Positions 54,485 through 64,000 of a stretch of DNA of 64,000 bases are shown piece after piece (within the stretch, counting starts at the first letter, position 1; each line of letters starts with the position of its first letter). The notes below the pieces were generated by a model. That model was not told the origin of the DNA. It made no database searches and worked only from the letters and a program-made list of their open reading frames with translations. Location of the stretch: positions 203,336 through 267,335 of the forward strand of contig CAWJMT010000005.1 in the NCBI GenBank assembly GCA_963844035.1, given 5' to 3'. Position numbers and translations under genes: made by a program. The DNA is from an uncultured Gemmatimonadales bacterium. GTDB lineage: Bacteria > Gemmatimonadota > Gemmatimonadetes > Gemmatimonadales > GWC2-71-9.

Positions 54485-54754
54485 TTAGTGCGGACGGCAC
54501 TCCGCGGTCGCCGGAGGGATGCGGCCGCATTCGATTTGCTGGTCCATGCCCGAGGCGATCGGGCCGCACGCGGTGCTCTGCGCGCCTTCGTGCGCCTCCC
54601 GCTCGCTCGATCCGACCGCGGTAGCGCAGTTCGCGCGCCCGTGATAGTCCATGCAGACCTTGCACTCGACCTTCGCGCGCGCGGTCGTCATGAAGAAGAA
54701 GAGCGCCGCGACGGCGAGGACCGCAGCGATTCCGTAGAGGGTCGAGCGCTTCAC
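54485..54754 (-). CDS. small exported Cys-rich protein
   Basis: TM/signal segment then 6 Cys. Confidence 0.65.
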   Translation of the reverse strand: MKRSTLYGIAAVLAVAALFFFMTTARAKVECKVCMDYHGRANCATAVGSSEREAHEGAQSTACGPIASGMDQQIECGRIPPATAECRPH

Positions 54755-54912
54755 GCGGGCTAAGCTAGTCACCCAAAGGAGGTTGTCAACGCACTCAGGG
54801 ATTCCCTGATTGTGGCGCGCCCGCCACTATTGCGGTCCGTCCAATCGGCGCGCACGTTTTTTCCATCCGCTTCCCGTGGCTCCTCACTCTTCAAGCTGTG
54901 GAGGAATGTCCC

Positions 54913-56454
54913 ATGAAATCTCTTGCCGTCACCTCTGTGGTCCTGGCCGGCGCGCTCGTGCTGGGCAGCTGCCTAGACAATACGGTCGTCGCCCCCGCGA
55001 GCCGGCCATCGCTCGCATTGTCGTCTTCGACGCATGCCGCCGGCAGGACCGGCCGGCACATCGTTTCCTTCAGTGGCCAGGTGCCGGCGGCCTTCGCCGC
55101 GCAGGTCATCGGGTTGGGCGGGAAGGTCCAGTGGGTGTCGTCGGGGAGCGGCCTCGCGGTGGTAAGCGGCCTCTCGGACGCGGCGGCGCTTAGCCTGGCC
55201 GCCAAACAGGGTGTGTCGGCGGTGGACGCCGACGAGGCGATCTCGCTCGAAATGCCGAAACTCAGCGCCGTGGATGCGGGCACGGACGCCGGCGCCACGA
55301 GCATCGACGATCCGACCACCGCGGTCCGCTACGCGCGCCAGTGGAACATGCGCGCCGTGCAGGCCGACGTGGCGTGGGCCCGCGGGTTCCTCGGCTCCCC
55401 GAGCGTATCGATCTTCATGCTCGATAGCGGCATCGACTATCTCCATGCGGATCTGGTGGGACGAGTGGACCTGACCCGCTCGGTGGACCTGCTCGGCACG
55501 TTCGATGCCGAAGTGGTCGAGGGGACGGACACAACCTTCGTGCCCTTCACCGAAGCGGATACGATCGCGATGTATTTCCCCGGTCTCGCGCCGTTCGGCG
55601 ATCTGCTGTTCCACGGTACCCACACGGGCGCGACGGTGAGCAGCAACGCGGTGCGAGCGGCGGGCGTCACCTCCAAGACGAATCTCGTGGCCGTGAAGGT
55701 GTGCGCCTATCTCAACCAGTGTCCCTTCAGCTCCATCTTGAACGGCGTGATCTACGCCGCCGATCACGGCGCCGACGTCATGAACCTGAGCCTGGGCGGT
55801 GCGTTCCCGAAGCGGGGCAACCGGGCCCTCATCCGGCTCATCAACGCGACCTTCAACTACGCCCGGAACAAGGGTGTCACGATTGTGGTGTCGGCCGGGA
55901 ACGAGGCCACGGACCTGGATCACGACTTCGGCATGTACGCTTCGTTCTGTGACACGCCGGGCGTGATCTGTGTGTCGGCCACCGGTCCGCTCGCCGACGC
56001 GACCGCGACTGACCCCGTCAATCCGCGCACCGGGCCGTGGACCGCGGTGGATGCGCCGGCCTATTACACCAACTTCGGGCGCCGCGCCATCGACGTCGCC
56101 GCGCCGGGAGGCAACAGCTCCTTCGGCGACCCGCTGCCCGCGCCGGCCGGCAGAGATACCTATGTCTGGGCCGCCTGCAGCCAGACGAGCGTGCTGATCG
56201 ATTGCTCCGCGCTTCCAATATTCATCGTCGGTGCCCAGGGGACGAGCATGGCGGCGCCGCACGTCGCCGGCACCGCCGCGTTGCTCGTGTCGAAGCTGGG
56301 ACGGCATCCGGGCCTGATCAAACAGCGCATCGAAGACACGGCTGACGAGATCAAGGGCAAAGGCCTGGCGCAGTTCTACGGTCACGGCCGGATCAACGTC
56401 GCCCGGGCGGTCGGTGCGCTGCACGAGCACTGGAAAGAGCACGCATCACGATAG
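54913..56454 (+). CDS. S8 subtilisin-like serine protease, lipoprotein
   Basis: LDSGID, HGTHTG, SAGN, GTSMAAPHVAG. Confidence 0.93.
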   Translation: MKSLAVTSVVLAGALVLGSCLDNTVVAPASRPSLALSSSTHAAGRTGRHIVSFSGQVPAAFAAQVIGLGGKVQWVSSGSGLAVVSGLSDAAALSLAAKQGVSAVDADEAISLEMPKLSAVDAGTDAGATSIDDPTTAVRYARQWNMRAVQADVAWARGFLGSPSVSIFMLDSGIDYLHADLVGRVDLTRSVDLLGTFDAEVVEGTDTTFVPFTEADTIAMYFPGLAPFGDLLFHGTHTGATVSSNAVRAAGVTSKTNLVAVKVCAYLNQCPFSSILNGVIYAADHGADVMNLSLGGAFPKRGNRALIRLINATFNYARNKGVTIVVSAGNEATDLDHDFGMYASFCDTPGVICVSATGPLADATATDPVNPRTGPWTAVDAPAYYTNFGRRAIDVAAPGGNSSFGDPLPAPAGRDTYVWAACSQTSVLIDCSALPIFIVGAQGTSMAAPHVAGTAALLVSKLGRHPGLIKQRIEDTADEIKGKGLAQFYGHGRINVARAVGALHEHWKEHASR

Positions 56455-56456
56455 GA

Positions 56457-56562
56457 CCTCACCCCCTGACCCCCTCTCCACCGACGTGGAGAGGGGGGAC
56501 GTGATCCCGGGACCTCCCGTTCCCCCTCTCCGCATTAGCGGAGAGGGGGTGAGGGGGTGAGG
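56457..56562. repeat. REP/REPIN-like inverted doublet
   Basis: CCTCACCCCC..CCCCCTCTCC..GGAGAGGGGG, spacer, CCCCCTCTCCGC..GCGGAGAGGGGG..GGGGGTGAGG. Confidence 0.75.
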
Positions 56563-56597
56563 TACACGAACCCGGCGGGCGGGCATAGCTTGGTCCC

Positions 56598-57197
56598 ATG
56601 CCGTTCGCCTTGATCGGTACCGCGCTGTGCTCGCTGCTCCTCGCCCTCTGGGCGTTCGTGGTCGCGTGGGGGGTGTTGCGTCGACGCCACTGGCTCAAGT
56701 GTGGTATAGCTGCGACGGGTGGTGTGCTGCTGCTCGGCCTCGCGGCGCTGGCCGGCACCATCGCGCTCGCCACGAGGGGATATCGCGTGCTCGCCGCCGA
56801 ACAGCTGGCGGCGACGCTCCGCACCGAGCCCCTGCCGAACAAACACTTCCACGCGACGATCGTGCTGCCGGGGCAGCCGGTCGCGATGTACGATCTTGCG
56901 GGGGACCTGTTCTCGATCGATGCCCATATTCTCAGGTGGCACCCGATCCTGAGCATCTGGGGACTGGGGACGGCGTACAAGCTCAACCGGGTCACGGGTC
57001 GCAAGCAGGAGGTGGCGTACTCACTCGCGCCGCCCGAGGGCCTCGACATGTTCCGCCTCGTCAAGGCGTTTCCTTTGCTGGCGCTGCTGGTGGACGCCGA
57101 CGAGCGGTCGGCGAGCGTCACCGCCGCGGGGCGGCCGGCCAACTTCGATGTGCTGGTTTCCGCTACCGGCCTGGTGATTCGACCGGCCGCACCGTGA
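56598..57197 (+). CDS. membrane hypothetical protein
   Basis: Two N-terminal TM helices. Confidence 0.7.
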   Translation: MPFALIGTALCSLLLALWAFVVAWGVLRRRHWLKCGIAATGGVLLLGLAALAGTIALATRGYRVLAAEQLAATLRTEPLPNKHFHATIVLPGQPVAMYDLAGDLFSIDAHILRWHPILSIWGLGTAYKLNRVTGRKQEVAYSLAPPEGLDMFRLVKAFPLLALLVDADERSASVTAAGRPANFDVLVSATGLVIRPAAP

Positions 57198-57215
57198 GCG
57201 CGGCCGGTCGCGAGG

Positions 57216-58529
57216 TCATTTCACCGGCGTGTGGAACTGTGCCTTCTCGGTGGACCCCTCCATCGCGAGCGTGGCCGACGTGCCGTTGGTCGCGACCTGC
57301 GTGACCTCGTCGAAGTAGCCAACCCCCACGAAGTCCTGGTGACGCACCGCCGCGTAGCCGTGCGGCTCGGCGGCGAACTCCTCCTGCTGCAATGCGGAAT
57401 AGGCCGCCATCCCGCGCGCCTGGTAGTCCCGCGCCAGCTCGAACATGCTGAGGTTCAAGGCGTGGAACGCCGAGAGGGTCACGAACTGGAATTTGTATTG
57501 CATCGCGCCCAGCTCGCGCTGGAATGACGCGATCTCGGCTTCGGTCAAGTGCAGCTTCCAGTTGAACGACGGAGAGCAGTTGTAGGCCAGCAGCTTCCCG
57601 GGGAACTTGGCGTGAATCGCCTCGGCGAACTGCCGGGCTTCCGCCATATCGGGCTTGGACGTCTCGAACCACAGCAGATCGGCGTGTGGGGCATAGGCCA
57701 GGGCGCGCGCGATCGCGGCCTCGATCCCGTCCCGGATCACGAAGAATCCCTCCGTGGTCCGCTCGCCCGTGAGGAACCGCCGGTCGTACTCGTCCGAGTC
57801 GTTGGTGAGCAGGGTGGCGCTGTTGGCGTCGGTGCGCGCGATCAGGACCGTGTCCACGCCGCACACGTCCGCGGCGAGCCGGGCCGCGACGAGCTTGGTG
57901 ATGAACTCGCTCGTCGGCACCAGCACCTTGCCTCCCAGATGGCCGCATTTCTTGACCGACGCGAGCTGGTCTTCGAAGTGCACCCCCGCGGCCCCCGCCG
58001 CGATCATGTTCTTCATGATCTCGAACGCGTGCAGCGCGCCCCCGAACCCGGCCTCGGCGTCGGCGACGAGCGGCGCGAACCAGTAGGTCGAGTGGTTGTC
58101 CTTCAGGTGAGAGATCTCGTCGGCGCGCTTCAGCGCATTATTGATGCGGCGCAACACCATCGGGACGCTGTCCGAGGGGTACAGGCTCTGGTCGGGGTAC
58201 ATCTCGAGGGCATGATTCGCATCCGCCGCCACCTGCCAACCGCTCACGTAGATCGCCTGCAATCCCGCCTGCACTTGCTGGATCGCCTGGTTGCCGGTGA
58301 TAGCGCTCAGGACCGCGAGATACGGCTCGTCGGCGAACAGCTGCCACAGCCGTGCGGCACCGTAGCGCGCCAGCGAATGCTCGATCTCGATCGAGCCACG
58401 CAGCCGGTACACATCCGCTGCGGTGTAGGGACGCGTGACCCCGGCCCAGCGGCGGTCGTTGGCCCATTCCCGTTCGAGGGTGGCAATGAAATGTTGGCGG
58501 TTGGGGGGGACGCTACGTGATGCGGTCAT
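57216..58529 (-). CDS. aceA: isocitrate lyase
   Basis: [32 protein letters not shown]. Confidence 0.96.
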   Translation of the reverse strand: MTASRSVPPNRQHFIATLEREWANDRRWAGVTRPYTAADVYRLRGSIEIEHSLARYGAARLWQLFADEPYLAVLSAITGNQAIQQVQAGLQAIYVSGWQVAADANHALEMYPDQSLYPSDSVPMVLRRINNALKRADEISHLKDNHSTYWFAPLVADAEAGFGGALHAFEIMKNMIAAGAAGVHFEDQLASVKKCGHLGGKVLVPTSEFITKLVAARLAADVCGVDTVLIARTDANSATLLTNDSDEYDRRFLTGERTTEGFFVIRDGIEAAIARALAYAPHADLLWFETSKPDMAEARQFAEAIHAKFPGKLLAYNCSPSFNWKLHLTEAEIASFQRELGAMQYKFQFVTLSAFHALNLSMFELARDYQARGMAAYSALQQEEFAAEPHGYAAVRHQDFVGVGYFDEVTQVATNGTSATLAMEGSTEKAQFHTPVK

Positions 58530-58658
58530 GTGTTCGGTCCTCCTGAGGCGACCTCGGCCCGAAACGGGTCCATCCGTGGCGCAGCTATCGATCGGACCGT
58601 TGCAAAAATGATACCCCCGGGTCGCCCCTTCGGGCCGTTGGGCGTAGCTTGAGCCCGC

Positions 58659-59489
58659 ATGAGCACCGGCGGGGGGGTGTTGGTCACGGGAGCGAGCCCC
58701 GGGATCGGGGCCGCAGTGGCGCTGGAGTTGGCGCAGCGAGGATTCGTGGTATTCGGCTCCATCCGCCGGCCCGAGGATGCCGCCGCGCTCCTGGCTGCCG
58801 GCGTCGTGCCCGTGCGGATGGACGTCACTGACGCTGTGAGCATCGCCGCGGCGCGCACTGAGGTCGAGCGCGCGCTGGGCGGCCGACCCCTCGCCGGCCT
58901 CGTCAACAACGCCGGTATCCCGGCTGCCGGTCCGCTCGAGTTCGTCCCCATCGCCGACCTGCGACGAGTCCTCGAAGTCAACCTGATCGGTGCCGTCGCC
59001 GTCACCCAGGCGTTCTTGCCGCTGCTCAGGATTTCGCGGGGCCGCATCGTGAATATCAGCTCGATCGCCGGGCTCGCGGCCATGCCGTTCGTGGGACCGT
59101 ACGCCGCGTCCAAGTTCGGGCTCGAGGCGGTTTCCGACAGCTTACGACGGGAGTTATTGCCGTTCGGTGTGGGGGTGATCGTGATCGAGCCGGGCAACAT
59201 CGAGAGCAAGATCTGGGACAAGGTCGAAGCGATGGATGTGAGCCGCTACCGCGGGACCCCCTACGGCCCGGTGCTCGAGCGATTCCGTAATGATGCGCTG
59301 CGCCGCGGCCGCCGGGCTCCACCCGCCTCACTCGTGGCGCGCGCGGTGCTACGGGCGCTCACCGCCCGCCGGCCACCGACGCGCACGGTCGTGTCCAACC
59401 ATCCGTGGATCGAACGGATTGTGCGGCGGCTTCCGGACAAGGCTTTGGATTGGTTGGTTGAGCGAAAGGTCTGGAAGGATCTCAGGTGA
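58659..59489 (+). CDS. SDR oxidoreductase
   Basis: [17 protein letters not shown]. Confidence 0.92.
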   Translation: MSTGGGVLVTGASPGIGAAVALELAQRGFVVFGSIRRPEDAAALLAAGVVPVRMDVTDAVSIAAARTEVERALGGRPLAGLVNNAGIPAAGPLEFVPIADLRRVLEVNLIGAVAVTQAFLPLLRISRGRIVNISSIAGLAAMPFVGPYAASKFGLEAVSDSLRRELLPFGVGVIVIEPGNIESKIWDKVEAMDVSRYRGTPYGPVLERFRNDALRRGRRAPPASLVARAVLRALTARRPPTRTVVSNHPWIERIVRRLPDKALDWLVERKVWKDLR

Positions 59490-60471
59490 TGTATTCCTCG
59501 CCATACATCTTCAACAGCTCAAAGAAGTACGACAGCGCGAGCGGGCCGATGAGCAGTCCCAGCAGCCCGAAGTAGGGTACGCCGGCGAGCGCGCCGACGA
59601 GCGTGATCAGCGGGTGGATGTTGGCCCAGCGCCGGAACACCATCGGCCGGATCACGAAATCCACGTTCCCCACCACGATCACACCCCACAGCCCGATGCC
59701 CAGCGCGGTCCCATAGCGATGGTCGAGGAACAGGATCAGCGCCGCCGGTCCCCAGATCAGCGCGCTGCCCACCACCGGCAGGATAGAGGCCACCATCGTC
59801 ACGACTGCCCAGAAGACGGCCCCAGGGATTCCTGCGACCCAGAACGAGAGGCCGAGCAGCGCTCCCTGGGCGACGGCGGTGAGGCCGGTGCCGATGACGG
59901 TCGAAGTCGTCACGTCGCGAAACCGCACCCGCAGCGTCTCGGCGTTTTTGGCGGAGAAGGGGATGTGGGGTTGCACGGCCGCCCACGTGTCCCCGGGCTC
60001 CAACAACAAGTAGAAGAGGCCGAACAGCGAGATGATGAGATTCAGCACCCCGCGCGTGGCGGTGCCGATCATGCCGAACGCGTTCTGGCCGATCCACGAG
60101 ACGATCCTGCTTCCCGCGTCCGCGGCCTGCGCGCCGATGTCCATCCCCCTGATACGCAGCTCCGACAGGCGGATGAGCAGCGTGCTCTCGCGCACGCTGG
60201 CGACAATCCCCTGCGCCTCATTCACGACCAACCCCGCGAAGGAGGCGCCCGGCACGAGGATCACGAACACCACGAGGACTATGACGAGCGTCGCGGCGAG
60301 CTTGGCCCCTACGTGCTGTCGCAGCCAGGCGTGGGCCGGCGCGAACACGACATAGAGGACCGGGATGCCGATCAAGCCGGTGGCGTACGGGAAGAGGCCG
60401 ACCAGCAGAATCAGCGCCAGTACAATCAGCAGCACGCCGGCGCGCTCTTTATTCGTGGCGAAGACGGGCAT
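59482..60471 (-). CDS. AI-2E family transporter
   Basis: ILPVVGSALIW, DFVIRP, FGLLGLLIGP. Confidence 0.88.
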   Translation of the reverse strand: MPVFATNKERAGVLLIVLALILLVGLFPYATGLIGIPVLYVVFAPAHAWLRQHVGAKLAATLVIVLVVFVILVPGASFAGLVVNEAQGIVASVRESTLLIRLSELRIRGMDIGAQAADAGSRIVSWIGQNAFGMIGTATRGVLNLIISLFGLFYLLLEPGDTWAAVQPHIPFSAKNAETLRVRFRDVTTSTVIGTGLTAVAQGALLGLSFWVAGIPGAVFWAVVTMVASILPVVGSALIWGPAALILFLDHRYGTALGIGLWGVIVVGNVDFVIRPMVFRRWANIHPLITLVGALAGVPYFGLLGLLIGPLALSYFFELLKMYGEEYIT

Positions 60472-60557
60472 GGGTTGCGAAAGTGTACCGGTGGCGCACC
60501 GGGTGCGCCAGAGATGCACAGGGCGCCTGACGGAGCCGGGGCGGGATATATTGGGTG

Positions 60558-61988
60558 ATGATTTCCTCAAAACGAACATTCTCCCTGCGGATCCTGTTGC
60601 TCATAGTCTCGGCGCTGTGCGCGGTGAGCGCCTGTGCCCCGAATCCGACCCCCGAGATCTCCAAGCCGGCCCCGGTCACCGAGGCGGACGAGATCGAGAT
60701 GGGGCAGGAAATCGATCGCTCCCTGATGGCCTCCCGTCGGTTCTACAACGATTCCGCCCTGGAGCGCTACGTATACGAGCTTGGCATGCGCCTCGTGGCC
60801 GGGAGCGGTCGAACGAAATTGCCGTGGACGTTCCGGGTACTGGACGACCCGGGCACCAACGCCTTCGCGTTCCCCGGGGGATTCGTCTACATCACGCGCG
60901 GGATGCTCGCGTTCCTGAACTCCGAGGCGCAGCTCGCGGCCGTCCTGGGGCACGAGATCGGGCACGTGGCGGCCGGACATGCCGTAGAGCGGGGTAAGCG
61001 GCTCGGCATCACCGGACAAGGGCTCGTGGTCGGCACGGTCGGGGGCACGATGACGCCGGTGTACGGCAGCATCGACCGGTTGCAGGCGCTGCTGCTCGCA
61101 CACTCCCGCCAGTCGGAGCAGCAGGCCGACAGTCTCGGCCTGTACTTCATGTCCGCGGCGGGCTACGAGCCGAGGGAGATGCTCGTCGTGCTGCACAGCC
61201 TCCAGTTCACGGTCGGTGGCCCTGCGTGGCTGGCGTCGCATCCCAGTCCCGAGAACCGGGTCGCGAACCTCACCCACGCCTGGTCTGCCTTGCAAACTCC
61301 CGGTACCCTCGTCGAGCGCCGGGGATATCTGGCGCACGTCGATGGATTGGTCTTCGGGGTGGACCGGCGTCAGGGGTACCTCGCCGGCCGCCGGTTGGTC
61401 GTGCCCGACCGAGGATTTCAGTTCACCTTTCCTGAGGGCTGGACGTTGAGCCGCGACGGCCCGGCGGTCCGTGCGGTGAGCCCGGGACAGGACGCAACCG
61501 TCGAGCTGACGACCACGGGCCAGACGACGCTGGACAGCGCGGCGCGCCACTTTTTTTCGAAGGTCGGCAAGGCACGGACGCCGCCCATGCGGGACAACGT
61601 GAATGGCAACCCCGTGGTCACGGCGACGTTTTCGGCCCTGCCGCTCGAGATCAAGATGGGTGGGTCGGTCCGGCTCATCGAGCTGCGGGGACGCGTGTAC
61701 CGGGTGATAGGCTACTGCCGAGACGACTTGTGGCCCGCCTATCGCGATCTGGTCGACACCACCCTGCTGACGTTCGAGGCGGTCCCCGATGCCGAGCTTC
61801 GGCGCGCGGAGCCGCTCCACGTGACGCTCGTCTCCCTCAAGGAGCCGAAGTCGGTCGTCGCACTTCGCATCGCGCGACCGTCCCCGCTGGGGCCCGCGGA
61901 GCTGGCGGGGCTCAACCAGGTTGGGGCCGATTCCGTCCTCCCGGCCGGGCAGGTCGTCAAATGGGTGGTGGGCCCGCCGACCCAATGA
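60558..61988 (+). CDS. M48 family metalloprotease lipoprotein
   Basis: NAFAFPGG, HEIGH, EQQAD, SHP. Confidence 0.9.
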   Translation: MISSKRTFSLRILLLIVSALCAVSACAPNPTPEISKPAPVTEADEIEMGQEIDRSLMASRRFYNDSALERYVYELGMRLVAGSGRTKLPWTFRVLDDPGTNAFAFPGGFVYITRGMLAFLNSEAQLAAVLGHEIGHVAAGHAVERGKRLGITGQGLVVGTVGGTMTPVYGSIDRLQALLLAHSRQSEQQADSLGLYFMSAAGYEPREMLVVLHSLQFTVGGPAWLASHPSPENRVANLTHAWSALQTPGTLVERRGYLAHVDGLVFGVDRRQGYLAGRRLVVPDRGFQFTFPEGWTLSRDGPAVRAVSPGQDATVELTTTGQTTLDSAARHFFSKVGKARTPPMRDNVNGNPVVTATFSALPLEIKMGGSVRLIELRGRVYRVIGYCRDDLWPAYRDLVDTTLLTFEAVPDAELRRAEPLHVTLVSLKEPKSVVALRIARPSPLGPAELAGLNQVGADSVLPAGQVVKWVVGPPTQ

Positions 61989-62048
61989 CGTGTCCGGGGG
62001 TATCTCAAACCCGGAAGCCTTCGCACCTAATTGAGGAAAGAGGACACC

Positions 62049-62603
62049 ATGCGGAAGATGAACGCAGTAGCCGTGATGCTGCTGCTCGGCGCCGCCTCGC
62101 TGCTCAATGCGCAGGGCAAGCCCCCGGCGGACAGCGACCGGGCGGCGAAGATGCAGAACATGGAAGCCCAGGTGAAGAAGGATCTGGGCTTGACCGACGA
62201 CCAGGCTACGAAGTTCCACGCCACCCACGAGCGTTTCCATAACCAGCGCCGCGATATCATGCAGAAGGGGCGGACGATTCACGACGCGCTCCGCGGCCAG
62301 CTGCAGCCCGGCGTGGCGGCGAACGCGGACAGCGTCCGCAAGCTGCTGGACGGGTGGTACCAGAACCGGGCTGCGCTGCTGCAGGTCGAGCGGGATACCG
62401 ACAAGGAGTTGGCGGCATATCTGACGCCGGTCCAGCGCGCGCGCTTGACGATGATGTATGGGCACATGATGATGCGCGGCCGGATGCACGGCCACGGTGA
62501 GGGAATGGACGACATGGACGGTATGGGTGGGCATATGGGCGACCCGCATCACGGGGACATGCATCACAAGGGCGAGGGTGGGGCACCGCCTCCGCGTTCG
62601 TAG
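62049..62603 (+). CDS. Spy/CpxP-like periplasmic protein with His/Met-rich tail
   Basis: Signal peptide, LGLTDDQ and LTPVQ motifs. Confidence 0.75.
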   Translation: MRKMNAVAVMLLLGAASLLNAQGKPPADSDRAAKMQNMEAQVKKDLGLTDDQATKFHATHERFHNQRRDIMQKGRTIHDALRGQLQPGVAANADSVRKLLDGWYQNRAALLQVERDTDKELAAYLTPVQRARLTMMYGHMMMRGRMHGHGEGMDDMDGMGGHMGDPHHGDMHHKGEGGAPPPRS

Positions 62604-62626
62604 CAGCCGTCCTTTGCCGGACAACC

Positions 62627-63258
62627 ATGCGCCGCTACACCGCGTAGCGGCGTGTGTTTTTGCAGTAGCCGCCACCCTCTTGGCCCCGGGTGCGGGTCTC
62701 GCACAGACGGTGGATCTCGGGGGCCACGCTGGCTTCCATCTCCCAGTCGGGTCGCTGGTGGAGGGCCCGCCGATTGAGAAGCGCCTCCTGGCCTCGCTCA
62801 GTGTCGGCCTGGACGCGTTCTCGTGGGTGACGGGACGGGTTGGCTTCGCCGCCAAGGTTTCGTACTCGTCGGCTCGCGTCGCGGTCACCCAGCCGGGCAA
62901 TGTGCAGGATCGGGATGCCTCGGTGATCCTTGCCAACGCGCGCATGCTCTTCGCCGTCACGCCGCTCACGCTGGCCGACGGCACCATGCCCCCGATGGCG
63001 TTCTTTATCGGTGCCGGCGCCGGGCTAGTGAATCGCAGCGGAGCGATCTGGGCGTATGAGTCGGGGCTCACGTCACCCGCGCTCGTGCTGAACGTGGGCG
63101 TGCAGACCCCGGCCGGGCCGCGGATGGTGATGCGGATCGAGGTGGAAGACTACATTTCAACCGCGCAGTTCAACGTTGGGGAGCCGAGCCAAACCGCAGC
63201 ACAAACGCACCATGACGTCACGCTTTCCCTGTCGCTGTGCTACCGGGTGCTGCACTAG
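62627..63258 (+). CDS. outer-membrane beta-barrel-like hypothetical protein (indel near start)
   Basis: Signal peptide, alternating beta strands. Confidence 0.55.
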
Positions 63259-63324
63259 CGGCGCACTTCTTTTTGCCTGTCGGGCCGCTACATTTCCCGC
63301 TCCTCAACGGGGCACAGGGGTGGC

Positions 63325-63843
63325 ATGCTTGATCCGAAAGTTCACGCAGCGTTGAACGAGCAGATTCAGCATGAGATGACATCGGCCTATTTGTACCTGG
63401 CCATGTCGGCGTACTTCGAGGCGGCCAACCTGGTCGGCTCCGCTAAGTGGATGCGCCGCCAGGCCAAGGAAGAAGTTGGCCACGCCATGAAGTTCTTCGA
63501 CTATGTGAACGACCGGGATGCGCGCGTGACCCTGGGGGCCCTGCCGGCTCCCAAAGCGGAGTATGCCTCGGCGGTTGAGGTATGGGAGCAGGCCCTGGCG
63601 CACGAGCAGAAGGTGACGGGCTTGATCAACAAGTTGGTCAGCGCGTCGCAGGCTGCCGGTGACCACGCGACCACCGCCATGTTGCAGTGGTTCGTGACGG
63701 AGCAGGTAGAGGAAGAGAAGACGGCGCGGACGATCCTCGAGGAGGCCCAGCGGCTCGGCGTCTCGAGCACCGCGATTTACTTCCTGGATCGGCATTTGGG
63801 TAAGGAAGCGGATAAGAAGGAGAAGGAAGGGGCAGGGGAGTAG
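63325..63843 (+). CDS. non-heme ferritin
   Basis: LNEQIQHE, YLAMS, EEVGHAMK, LQWFVTEQVEEE. Confidence 0.93.
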   Translation: MLDPKVHAALNEQIQHEMTSAYLYLAMSAYFEAANLVGSAKWMRRQAKEEVGHAMKFFDYVNDRDARVTLGALPAPKAEYASAVEVWEQALAHEQKVTGLINKLVSASQAAGDHATTAMLQWFVTEQVEEEKTARTILEEAQRLGVSSTAIYFLDRHLGKEADKKEKEGAGE

Positions 63844-63932
63844 AAGGGGCGGGACAGTCTGTCCTGAGTACTAGGGACTGAGTACCGCCATCCGTCTATT
63901 ACCTGCACCTGTTGACCATTGACCAGCTTTGA

Positions 63933-64000
63933 CGGGACGTAGCGCAGTCCGGTAGCGCACCTGAATGGGGTTCAGGGGGTCGCGGGTTCAAATCCCGCCG
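63933..64000 (+). tRNA. tRNA-Pro (GGG), truncated by window end
   Basis: CGGGACG start, CCTGA-ATGGGGT-TCAGG, T-loop TTCAAAT. Confidence 0.9.

Noticed and set aside
54485..54754. c-type cytochrome in the small Cys-rich protein
   Set aside because: Motif is CKVCM, not CxxCH.

Overview
GC-rich bacterial chromosomal window; gene content and style suggest Gemmatimonadota, which is inference only. Many genes are split by single-base indels, most likely long-read assembly errors. It contains six tRNAs (Glu-CTC, Glu-TTC, Lys-CTT, Leu-GAG, Thr-CGT, partial Pro-GGG) and housekeeping genes (aroF-type DAHP synthase, aceA, pilT, ferritin, beta-carbonic anhydrase). An accessory block at ~4-35 kb holds secreted Ig-domain proteins, three DUF3494 ice-binding-like lipoproteins, OmpA proteins, a kaiC-kaiB-PAS kinase-NarL-NarL cassette, a PAS-PAS hybrid kinase/adenylate cyclase pair and cell-wall remodelling enzymes. 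Main discoveries: (1) five copies of an exactly spaced ~57-bp promoter motif upstream of all three ice-binding-like genes and two envelope clusters around the Kai/two-component cassette, a candidate Kai-linked regulon; (2) an unannotated, leaderless 29-aa leader peptide containing YYFGFFWF with a complete attenuator in front of DAHP synthase, predicted to sense Tyr, Phe and Trp; (3) recurrent -10 hexamers 5-8 nt before start codons, suggesting leaderless genes; (4) a pseudo-histidine kinase and a pseudo-receiver regulator. No CRISPR array, integrase or transposase was seen.
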